From an uncultured Nitrososphaerales archaeon (GTDB lineage Archaea; Thermoproteota; Nitrososphaeria; Nitrososphaerales; Nitrososphaeraceae), in contig CAVOHZ010000010.1 in NCBI GenBank assembly GCA_963695855.1, forward strand, positions 1,664,001 through 1,728,000: a stretch of DNA of 64,000 nt. The letters run 5' to 3'. Each line of letters starts with the position of its first letter. Position 1 is the first letter of the stretch. A program made the position numbers and the translations under genes. This document shows, piece after piece, positions 30,660-40,198 of the stretch. The notes under the pieces were generated by a model that did not search any database, was not told the origin of the DNA, and was given only the letters and a program-made list of their open reading frames with translations.

Positions 30660-33600
30660 TTGAAAAATATCCGTGATTTTGAACGGGCAAGAGAATATGT
30701 AAGAACCTTAGGGATTAAAAGTGTAAACGGCTGGAAAAAATATTGGAAAAAGGAGCAAAAACCCGAAGATATACCTTACAATCCGGATAGGGAATATAAA
30801 AATAAAGGTTGGATGGGTTGGGGAGATTTTCTTGGAACAAAAAATGTTTCTTCCAAACAGGACTATTATTTACCTTTTGAAGATGCAAGAGAGTTTGTAA
30901 GAAAACGAGGACTGAAAACTTATGGCGAATGGCGTAAATATTGCACATCTAAAGAAAAGCCTGCAGATATTCCTTCAAAGCCTGAGGTTTACTACAAGAA
31001 TAAAGGTTGGATTGATTTTGGAGACTGGCTTGGAACAACTTATTTACCATTTGAACAGGCAAGAGAGTTTGTAAGAAAACTAGGACTGAGAAATCAAATT
31101 CAATGGCGTAAGTATTGTAAATCCCAAGAAAAACCAATTACAATACCATCTAATCCTGATAAGACATACAAAAATAAAGGTTGGACTGATTTTGGAGACT
31201 GGCTTGGAACATATGCTATAGCACCTCAAAAAAGAAAATTTTTACCTTTTGAAGATGCAAGAGATATTGTAAGAAAATTAGGACTGAATAATGTTGATGA
31301 ATATGAAAAATATCATAAAAAAAATAAACCAAAACAAATACCATATTCGCCTCAAAGATATTATAAAAATAAAGGATGGATTGATTTTGGAGACTGGCTT
31401 GGAACATATACTATAGCACCTCAAAAAAGGAAATATCGCCCATTCAATGAAGCACGATAGTTTGCTCGGTCGCTTAATCTAATTAGTTCAGCAAATTGGG
31501 ATGAATATGTGACAAAAAATGATTTACCTTCAGATATACCCAAAGCACCATACATAGTTTACAAAGAAGAATGGCAAGGATGGGGTGATTTCCTTGGAAC
31601 TGGAATAGTGGCTACGCAGGATGCAGGATGGTCTATAGAAAAAGTAAAAGAGTTGTTAAGAGATTTGATAAAAAATAAGGTAATTTACCAATGGAATGAA
31701 GATGCACGTCTTTACAAAGTCTTAATGACTAAAGGAGTATTAAATTTAAAAAGTGAGAATAGACATTCTAATTTTTTTAAAAACTTGAGACAAACTGTAA
31801 AAACAGAAGAAGGAAGAAAAATTATTGAGGAATATGCATTTTCACAAAGCAATGATATACCAGACTTATCCAATACATATTCAGAAAATAACGATGAAGA
31901 AATTCCAATAGCATCAAATGAAGAACTGATTAATTTAGTCAACGATAAAGAAGAGCCGTTAGACTATAAAGAGCCACCAACAGTTGAGCAGATTCTATCC
32001 ACTATCTGTATGCTTGAATCCATTAATGTAGACGAAGAAGCCATGCAGTTTTTTCTAAGGGGATCTGTAAATGATTTCTGGAAGAGAGCATTCAAAGAGG
32101 AGGAGAAAACTGTTTTATCTGTTCAACAAGAAGGAAAAAATGGACAGAAGTTTCATGATAGTGTTCTAGAAACTTTTCTGTCAGAGTATGAAAATACTAA
32201 GGAATTAAAGATTCCTAATGATTTCTCACCTGATCTCAAACCTACTCTTATGCAAAAATTTGTAGCATATAAAATTAGCATTTCCCCTTATTTTGGAAAC
32301 TTTTCCGGAACAGGTGCAGGAAAAACCCTTTCCGCGGTATTATCAAGTCGCATTATAGGTAGTAAAATGACTGTAATAGTTTGCCCAAATGATATAGTTA
32401 GACAATGGGAAGAAGAAGTTAGAAAAATGTTTTCGAATTCAAAAATATTAACTGAAAAAAAGGCATTTAATACAATACGTAATCAGAAGAAATATCAATA
32501 TATTATACTAAACTATGATAAATTTAACCAAAATGATTCAAGTGACAATATTCTTAAACTTATGCAACAAAAAATTGATCTAGTTATTTTGGATGAAATT
32601 CATTATACCAAAGTAACAACAGAGGAAAAGGCAAGTCTTAGAAATAAAAATCTTATTGGATTATTGACAGGTATCAGAAAGAAAAATCCTATAGCAAAGG
32701 TTTTAGGTATGTCAGCAACTCCTGTAGTTAACAATTTAACAGAAGGAAAATCCCTTTTAGAAATGATAACAGGAAAGATATATACCGACCTCAAAACTAA
32801 GGCTACTGTTCCAAATGCGGTTACTCTTTATGAAAAACTATCTACAATTGCTATTAGAGAATTACCTTCGTATAATATCAATACAGAAGAGGAATTTATA
32901 GAAGTTGATGCAGAACTGGACATTTCCACTAATAATCGAATTCTTTTAAAAAATCCCTTATCCACAGAACAGGTTTTAACAAAGGCTAGGATAAAAGAAA
33001 TAATAAATCATATTGATAAAGGGGGTTTTACAATTATTTATACAGAATATGTAGGAAAAGATATTATTAAAAATCTTTCAAACGCCATTAAGGATTTAGG
33101 ATTAAACTATGCAGTTCATACTGGTTCTGATCATACAGGGAAAAAACAATTTCAAGAAAAGAAGGCACAGGTATTGATTGCATCTAGTCCATTATCAATC
33201 GGTATAGATGGACTTCAAAAAGTTTGTAACAGACTAATAATAAATTCACTTCCTTGGACAAATGCAAGATACCAGCAACTTATTGGTCGCTTAGTTAGAC
33301 CAGGTCAGATACATAATAAAGTAAAAGTTGTAATAATATTGGCTTCATTAAAAATTAAGGAAAATAAATATGAATATGATCGTAGGAAATGGAATAGAAT
33401 ACAATATAAAAAAACTCTTGCAGATTGTGCAGTAGATGGTATATTACCAGAAAAAAATCTTGTGACTAGGGAACAGGCTCACAGGGAAGCCATACGATGG
33501 TTAGAAAGATTAGAGCGAGGTGAAATTTCTACAGTATCACGAAGAGACTTAGAAATAGAACTAACTCCAGCCGAAAAAAGACTCTTAATAAGAAAATATG

Positions 33601-34169
33601 GTGATATAACACTTCAGCATCAAAAAATGAACACAGAATACTCTTTTACAACTCATGAAAGAATGCAAAAAGATCCGCAGGAATGGCTTCAATATCATAG
33701 ACAATTAGATGAAAATAGGAAATTATGGCCTATTGATCCACTAGATGAAATCATAAGTAGATTAAAAACAATGTCACCGAGATTACGAATAGGTGATTTT
33801 GGCTGCGGAACAGCAAAAATTATGGAGGAAATAGGTTCTGATCGAGTAATTAGTTTTGATCATGTCGCAATAAATGATAAAGTCATAGAATGTGATATCA
33901 AATCAGTTTCTAAATATGTGGAAAACAATAGTCTAGATGTTATTATTTTTTCATTATCTTTAATGGGAAAAAATTGGCAAGACTATATTATTGAAGCCAA
34001 AAGATGCCTTTCGACAAGGAGTTCTCTTTTTATTGCAGTGACAACAAAAGAATTAGATGAAGGAAGAAGGCTACATTTACTTCCCAATGTTTTAAAGGAT
34101 AATGGCTTTTCTATTGATACTCAAGAAGAACGAGGAGATTTTACATTTATGGAAGGAATAAAAATTTAG
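30660..34169 (+). pseudogene. Integrase-repeat (INT_rpt-like) + SF2 helicase + Rrp8-like SAM methyltransferase fusion with one in-frame TAG at 31458-31460
   Basis: Five ~62-70-aa repeats (FE.AREFVRK.GL..W..GW.DFGDWLG); GTGAGKT, DEIH, SATP, QLIGR.VR; DFGCG, FSLSLMG; ORFs 30660 and 31509 share a frame. Confidence 0.85.
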
Positions 34170-34408
34170 ATAGTTCCTTTAATCATATTTGTGATTAAAT
34201 CATCATAAACAACAAATTTCTTTCATATTCTTTCTTTGACCTTATAGAATAGGAATCACCAAATATAATATCACATGTATTTGGCAATCAAATTGGAAAT
34301 TCGTAAATATCATTAATCCATTAACTTTTATAGAATTAGCAATTCCTTTAGATTATTTTGCTCGTTGTGATAATAATCCTTTAATTAATTCATCGTGATA
34401 CTAGGGTT

Positions 34409-34867
34409 ATGAGAATACTATTTCCGATAATGGTATTGTCTATCCTCATGGTTTCAGTAGGAATTTTTTCGACATCAATGAATTTTGTTTATTCTCAAAC
34501 TACAACTGAGGAGAAGAAGGTTGAACTATTGACTTCTAAAATTAAGGAAGGAGAATATTCTACAAAATTTATAGGACAAGTGCAAAACATGTTAACGGAA
34601 AATGTAGAATTTGTCAAAATTATTGCTACTTTTTATGATCAAAGTGGAAATATGATTGGTAGTAAGTCAACTTATGCTGAACCATATGATCTTCAACCGA
34701 AGATGAAGGCGCCATTTGAAATGTATTTGGATGACGATGTTCGAGATCAAGTAAATTCCTACGATGTCACAATAACATGGCAGAAACTGGAAGATACAGA
34801 AGATTTTTCTAATGTTTATGAATCCAGTCCTCAGTCTCAGTCACAAACAGAAGATTCACAAGATTGA
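34409..34867 (+). CDS. Secreted FxLYD-domain protein
   Basis: Signal peptide; GQVQN..FVKIIATFYD..G..APF. Confidence 0.8.
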   Translation: MRILFPIMVLSILMVSVGIFSTSMNFVYSQTTTEEKKVELLTSKIKEGEYSTKFIGQVQNMLTENVEFVKIIATFYDQSGNMIGSKSTYAEPYDLQPKMKAPFEMYLDDDVRDQVNSYDVTITWQKLEDTEDFSNVYESSPQSQSQTEDSQD

Positions 34868-35441
34868 AAAGAGGATCAAAATAGTGCTATTATTTTATTT
34901 GTTCACAATCATTATCGTTATTTCCATCAGTCATGCTTTTGCTCAGGAATTTAAGGAATATGAAAGTGAATTATTAAGTATCAAATTAAAGTATCCCTCT
35001 GATTGGGATGATAATATGAAAGAAGAAAAATCAACGATTTCAGAGGATAATCACCGTTCAATTTCTTTTGATTTAGGTGCAGAAAATGCCCTAAGAATAT
35101 ACATACATGATACAGACCCAGAAATTGGAAGTTTGAACAATTTCATTACCAACACATTGAATAGTGTTACGCTAGATGGAACTATGCCAATTGCTGTTCA
35201 TTTTCTAGAAACAGATTTAAACGTTACATTATCCAACCTACAGGCCATAAAATTAATTTACGATCGAAATCTTATGCTTGGAACCAATTCACGAATTGAT
35301 ACAATTATGCAAGTAGTTGCACTATCTGATGATAATAGTCAAACATATGGTGTAACTTATAGAACTGAAAAAGCATATTTTGAAGAATATTTAAAATCTG
35401 TAGAAGAAATTATAGAGTCTATAGAAATAGTCAATAAATAA
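34812..35441 (+). CDS. Secreted PsbP-like protein (start probably GTG 34884)
   Basis: AFAQEFKEYE..IKLKYPSDW..YL..VEEIIESIEI. Confidence 0.7.
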   Translation: MFMNPVLSLSHKQKIHKIEKRIKIVLLFYLFTIIIVISISHAFAQEFKEYESELLSIKLKYPSDWDDNMKEEKSTISEDNHRSISFDLGAENALRIYIHDTDPEIGSLNNFITNTLNSVTLDGTMPIAVHFLETDLNVTLSNLQAIKLIYDRNLMLGTNSRIDTIMQVVALSDDNSQTYGVTYRTEKAYFEEYLKSVEEIIESIEIVNK

Positions 35442-35539
35442 TTTTTATCGTTAATTAATAATTTTTATATCAATGATCTTACAACATACTATTTTTAGAG
35501 TCGTCAATTGATCTTATCAGGAAACCCTGACCAATTTTA

Positions 35540-36871
35540 TTATTGGTCATTAACAAATTTAACCCCTTTCAACAGCAAACGAAGGGCGTCCAAGTCATCG
35601 TTGTGGACACTCACATTTTTGTCAAGGTTCCATTCATTAGCGTGGGCAGTCTTTAGTGACAGGATTAATCGATCAAATTTGGAAGGTATAGCAAGTTTCT
35701 GTTTTGTTAAAAGTTGATATGTGTGTTCAAGCATTTGTTTATGTTCTTTTGCAAAGGATACAGGTATCACAAAGTTGGATTCAGGATTTATGTCTTCGGA
35801 GCGGTCCCAGTCTAAACTCTCACCAAATCTGGATTTACATTCATTAACAGCAGCCCGGTTACTTCCATCCACAAACCACCATAGATTAGGGATTTCAGTA
35901 TGTAGTTGAAATATACGATCACTGATTACAGAAGGAGTTGTTTTGTCATATTCCTCTCCTAGGACAATTTTAACTATTTCATTTTCTGTATCTAATTCTG
36001 CAATGTATATAGTTGTAATGGATGTAGAGAAGCCGAAATCAATCCCGCCGATATGAAGACAGTAATTATTTAATGGTAAATCCTTGTATTTTTCCCCTAG
36101 TTGTACCGCCCTCTCTATGTCTTCAATTGCAAAAACGTTCCCAATTTTTCCTAAATATTTTAAATCATATTCTCTATCAAATGAAGGACTTTGCTTTGCT
36201 CTCTCTATATCTTCAATAGTATAGATTTTATTCAAGCCATAACGATAATCTAACTTGATTCTTTTGTAAAGACATATATCTTCAGGTTCCTGTTCTATAG
36301 TCTGCATTAATCCTCCTGCTGCATTAGGTGTTGAAACCATAACGATAAAGGGATTAGATTTACCGATATATCTCTCGGCTACGGCCCTTACATCTTCCTG
36401 CTGACCCTTTGAAAAGAAATCGCATTCATCTAACAATATGAATTTAGGCGAATCGAGGGAACGAAAAGAGTCTACATGATGTGATGGGAATGATTCGATA
36501 GTTACACCATTTAGATTCAGTAAAGTCTCTTTAGTATCAAAGTAAATGCCTAATGGTTCAAACAATCGTTTCATTCTTGTTATTAACTTCTTACTAAGAT
36601 CCCAATTTGGTCCAGTAACGATAACAAACTGAGAACCTTGATAGTCATTATTACGCAGACATAACCAAGACATATATCTTAGGAATAATTCGGTAATACC
36701 TAATCCCGTACTCTTTAGAATCCAGATACATTTATCGTACTGCAACAAGTCAAGAACTATTTTCTCATAATCAAATAAGGCTTTACTAATTCCATCCTTT
36801 TTAGGTAGTCCCAATATATGATTAAAACAACAATTATTCATAGTTGCTATTTGTTCGTCATGATGCAGCAT
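35540..36871 (-). CDS. terL: Terminase large subunit (TerL)
   Basis: LFDYE, KSTGLGITE, ILLDE Walker B, STPN, FDREY; nuclease GIDFG, VDGS, HNDDLDALR. Confidence 0.88.
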   Translation of the reverse strand: MLHHDEQIATMNNCCFNHILGLPKKDGISKALFDYEKIVLDLLQYDKCIWILKSTGLGITELFLRYMSWLCLRNNDYQGSQFVIVTGPNWDLSKKLITRMKRLFEPLGIYFDTKETLLNLNGVTIESFPSHHVDSFRSLDSPKFILLDECDFFSKGQQEDVRAVAERYIGKSNPFIVMVSTPNAAGGLMQTIEQEPEDICLYKRIKLDYRYGLNKIYTIEDIERAKQSPSFDREYDLKYLGKIGNVFAIEDIERAVQLGEKYKDLPLNNYCLHIGGIDFGFSTSITTIYIAELDTENEIVKIVLGEEYDKTTPSVISDRIFQLHTEIPNLWWFVDGSNRAAVNECKSRFGESLDWDRSEDINPESNFVIPVSFAKEHKQMLEHTYQLLTKQKLAIPSKFDRLILSLKTAHANEWNLDKNVSVHNDDLDALRLLLKGVKFVNDQ

Positions 36872-37298
36872 GTTCTAGTTTTGCCTTTATCTGTGCTATG
36901 ACTGGCGTACCCAATGATAGTTCCTGCAACAGTTTAGCATTCTCTCTAATCTCATAACGTAACTTCTGGATTAAATCTAGATTCCTTCTTTCTGCAGGTT
37001 GTTTATTTTGTTCTATCAAGTAATCACGAATTGTATCCTTCTGGACCATCTCAACAACCTCGATTATTTGCTGATGCTTGATTACGAAGCCGACTCTTGA
37101 AAAATATGACATCCATTGATTGGCATACTCACCACTGTCAACCTCTTTTTTTCTACGATAATAGGTATGTGGTGATATAGGCCTACCCAGACGGGCCTTG
37201 ATGTAGGCTAATGCTTCCTTCTCTGTAAAGCCGTAATTTACGGTATCTGCTACAAGTGGCATTAAAACCTGTTTTTCCTTTTGTGTGAAATTTCCCAT
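36858..37298 (-). CDS. Putative terminase small subunit (HTH)
   Basis: Directly upstream of and overlapping terL; HTH-like GFTEKEALAYIK..ISPHTYYRRK followed by helical region. Confidence 0.6.
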   Translation of the reverse strand: MGNFTQKEKQVLMPLVADTVNYGFTEKEALAYIKARLGRPISPHTYYRRKKEVDSGEYANQWMSYFSRVGFVIKHQQIIEVVEMVQKDTIRDYLIEQNKQPAERRNLDLIQKLRYEIRENAKLLQELSLGTPVIAQIKAKLEHAAS

Positions 37299-37436
37299 TT
37301 ACTCGCTATTCACCTTGTAAATTGATAAATTGACTGCCAACTCTTAATAGTCGTATTTAGGTTAGTAACTATAATAAGTATAGTGGCTTCAACTACTAGG
37401 ACACAAACCATAGAACTAAGAAAAGAAAGTACAAAA

Positions 37437-37544
37437 GTGGACAGGTGGACACCTTGTACACCCCTAAATCCATTGTAATAATTTTTTCTTAAAATATTTT
37501 TTTCCAGTGAATATAGTGGTGTCCAAGGTGTCCAAGGTGTCCAA
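37437..37544. repeat. Inverted sets of 9-bp iterons flanking an AT-rich spacer
   Basis: (GGTGTCCAA)x3 at 37518-37544; degenerate inverse copies GTGGACAG, GTGGACACC, TTGTACACC at 37437-37462. Confidence 0.7.
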
Positions 37545-37551
37545 AATCTCT

Positions 37552-39063
37552 TTATTCATTATAATCTGATTTAGGAACATACATTCCATTATCGATAAAG
37601 TCATACGCTAGCCATTTCTTTTTGGTTTTTTTCTCCCGTTCTGTAACTGTTACCAATTTATCCATAGTATCCATAACCATTTTAACCTGCGATTTTAACG
37701 ATTCCACTTCTTCCTGCATTCCCTTTATCTGATTCTCTTTTTCTTTTTGGTTTTCTAACGTATATTGATATGAATGATAAGACAAAACCATTTTACATTT
37801 TACACAGAATTTTGAATCGTGTTTGTTTGATTCATTACAGTTAGGACAATACCTGGGTTTTAGTAATTCAATTCCTTCTGCTATTCCTTCATTTTCTTTT
37901 ATAATACCCTTGGCCTGCAGGATTGATCTTACTGACTCGTTACCAAAATAATGGATATACCTCTGTGGCATGTTGCTGTTAATACTCCAACCTGCATGAT
38001 TTCTAAGCATGTGTTCACTTAATTTCATTCTGGATTTTTCGGTTAATGCTGAGTGTCTGAATATATAGAGATTCCAAGGTTTTGTTAACATATTTCTGAT
38101 ATGGGATTTATCTGATTCTGGTATAGTCGTAGTGGTAGTTTTATCATCATTATTATGATTACTATCAAGTAGTTTACGAAAGAAACGATTGTATTTGTTT
38201 TTATATCTTTTTAATAATCCATTTACCAATAATTGATTTACAGAATTGGTATTTTTGTCACTTAAAGACACGAAAAACCATGAATCATGATTATCCCCAC
38301 ATGGATGATTTAACAACCATTCTTTTACATAAGGAATACTATCAATAAGTGGAAGGGTTCTTGGTCCAGTCTTACCGTTTACTGTAATTTCTGCATACTG
38401 TATTTCCTCTGATGAGATCTTAAATTTCAGGTCTTTTATCTTTAGATTAAGAAGTTCGTGAGGTCTGGCAGAAGTATCATTGGCCATTGCATGATAACAC
38501 CTATCTCTGATAGAAGGACAATATTTCAAAAATATAGCATGCTCTTCATTGGTCCACATATCCTCCGGCTTGTACGGTGATACTTCTTTCCTGGGAAGTT
38601 GTTTGATTCCCTGCATACAGTCAGGTGCATCCCTATTTTTGTGGTTCGTTTCATCTGGACTGTATAACCATTTGAAGAATTTCAGGAATAACATTTGTCT
38701 TGCATTCCATGTTCCTACACTCTTGTGAGTTGGGTCCACAGAAGAGGATTTTCTAAGGTTGTTTAGGTACTCCAGTATGTCGTCTTTAGTCATATCGTAA
38801 AAGGTTTTTTTATGTTCAAAGAATTTGGATAAATGTATCAGTATTTTTATTTTGGTTTCTTTTGTTGACTCTTTTATATTTAATTCGTTTTGTTCTGCAG
38901 TAATATAATCACATATTATTTTAACATTAAGAGGATTGGTCTGAACAAGTTCATTTAATCTTTTTGAGATGTAAGGTTTCAGGTATGTTGTAAGAGATTT
39001 TATTTTTCTTGTCAATTTTTCTTGTTCTTGTATTTCAATCGTTGTTGTTGTTGTTGCTCCCAT
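37552..39063 (-). CDS. int: Tyrosine integrase with C-terminal zinc ribbon and coiled coil
   Basis: DTSARPHEL (R), GKT (K), YIFRHS (R), HAGWS, QRYIH (Y); CPNC..CVKC; starts 57 bp from att. Confidence 0.93.
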   Translation of the reverse strand: MGATTTTTIEIQEQEKLTRKIKSLTTYLKPYISKRLNELVQTNPLNVKIICDYITAEQNELNIKESTKETKIKILIHLSKFFEHKKTFYDMTKDDILEYLNNLRKSSSVDPTHKSVGTWNARQMLFLKFFKWLYSPDETNHKNRDAPDCMQGIKQLPRKEVSPYKPEDMWTNEEHAIFLKYCPSIRDRCYHAMANDTSARPHELLNLKIKDLKFKISSEEIQYAEITVNGKTGPRTLPLIDSIPYVKEWLLNHPCGDNHDSWFFVSLSDKNTNSVNQLLVNGLLKRYKNKYNRFFRKLLDSNHNNDDKTTTTTIPESDKSHIRNMLTKPWNLYIFRHSALTEKSRMKLSEHMLRNHAGWSINSNMPQRYIHYFGNESVRSILQAKGIIKENEGIAEGIELLKPRYCPNCNESNKHDSKFCVKCKMVLSYHSYQYTLENQKEKENQIKGMQEEVESLKSQVKMVMDTMDKLVTVTEREKKTKKKWLAYDFIDNGMYVPKSDYNE

Positions 39064-39120
39064 CTTCTTGTGACTATTGGAAAGTTTGACGTCTTAAAAT
39101 AAAAACCTTAGTTATAAACC

Positions 39121-39156
39121 CGTGAATTGAATGGAGGGGATGGGATTCGAACCCAT
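39121..39156. repeat. att direct repeat, tRNA-proximal junction
   Basis: Identical to 13952..13987. Confidence 0.95.
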
Positions 39157-39206
39157 GACCACCTGCGTGTAAGGCAGGTATCCTAACCAGTCTAGACAAC
39201 CCCTCC
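39132..39206 (-). tRNA. trnV: tRNA-Val(TAC), no encoded CCA, no intron
   Basis: GGAGGGG..CCCCTCC-A acceptor stem, anticodon arm CCTGC-CTTACAC-GCAGG, T arm ATGGG-TTCGAAT-CCCAT. Confidence 0.97.
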
Positions 39207-40198
39207 ACATTACTATAATCTTAATAGTTGAACTGTTTGATACATCGATATTAATAGTTTTTATCAGAAATTTATCGAATATAGAAATTTAATAAATCAT
39301 TTTATGAAATTATGTTTTATATATTCAGTTTTTAAATCATTTAATAGTTAAAATTGTAAATACAATTTATTTGATCATATTTGATGTGACAATCAAAAAA
39401 TAAAACGAAAAAATTCTATTTTAGTTTTATTACAGTATATTAGAAAATTTTGATTTATTCTATTGGATAATATTAATTTTAAGTTATGGAAAGTTCTTTC
39501 AAACAAAATACTAGTTATATGTCTGCTATCAAATTAAAAGCTGTTTCAGAGTGATCATTAATTAAAAAGATGATATTTAGCAAATATATAATAAAATGAA
39601 AAACAATTTTAATAAATATAGATGTATTTCCTTGGCATTTTATAAAAATAAAATATAGTATTAAATACCAAGTTTAAATGAAATAAGATGTATTCACTAA
39701 AAATTGTTAAACTAAGTCTATATAATATTTTAGGAAATATTACAAATTTTGATGATGGAAACAAAAAAATTTGAATAAGATATTAATCATGAAAAATGAT
39801 AATTTTTTTCGATATACAGTTATGATATATGTTTACAATTGATTTTATTATTTGACTCGAATTTCTAGTTTTACTATTAAAATTTTGCTATTTGATATAA
39901 TAGATATTTAATAAAGCAAAATACAACCTTTCTCTTTTTGCTTCAACAGTAGTATATTATTATAAAATTGTTATACGAACACTATATCTAAATAACGTTC
40001 AAGCTTATTATAAAAGTCTTAAATTTATTGAATAGCAAATATTGTAACAAAGTATTAAATTGCATATTTTGTTCTATCACTCTATTTTGAAATAAAAGAT
40101 TTCTAAATTTATTGTAATATTCTATATGTTAGAGCTATTCTTAGATATTTATAATACAATATTTTTAAATTGGGAAATGGAATCCACAGAATATAATA

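Larger units (their letters stand above)
13952..39156. mobile_element. 25.2-kb integrated element in tRNA-Val (integrase, TerS/TerL, Topo VIII-like, SF3 helicase, nuclease cargo)
   Basis: Perfect 36-bp terminal direct repeat overlapping the tRNA 3' end, with an integrase adjacent to the tRNA. Confidence 0.92.

Noticed and set aside
1146-31460. Systematic amber recoding (in-frame TAG at 1146 and 31458)
   Set aside because: Several intact genes end in TAG (cdvA, acs, 51635..52153), no pyrrolysine machinery is in the window, and the island is full of other lesions
30860-31460. Nucleotide repeats as a CRISPR array or DGR template/variable pair
   Set aside because: They are in-frame protein repeats, differences are not adenine-specific, and there is no reverse transcriptase in the window
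37501-37520. ORB mimic TTTCCAGTGAATATAGTGGT in the element
   Set aside because: Needs a 2-bp gap and lacks the G-string; single copy overlapping the iterons; too weak
13952-39156. Complete head-tail provirus, casposon or ICE
   Set aside because: No recognisable capsid, portal or tail genes, no Cas1 or family B polymerase with TIRs, and no VirB4 or relaxase
39210-40190. 1-kb ORF-free AT-rich gap as an ncRNA or second origin
   Set aside because: No repeats, ORB boxes or GC-rich structure visible; similar long AT-rich gaps occur elsewhere in the window
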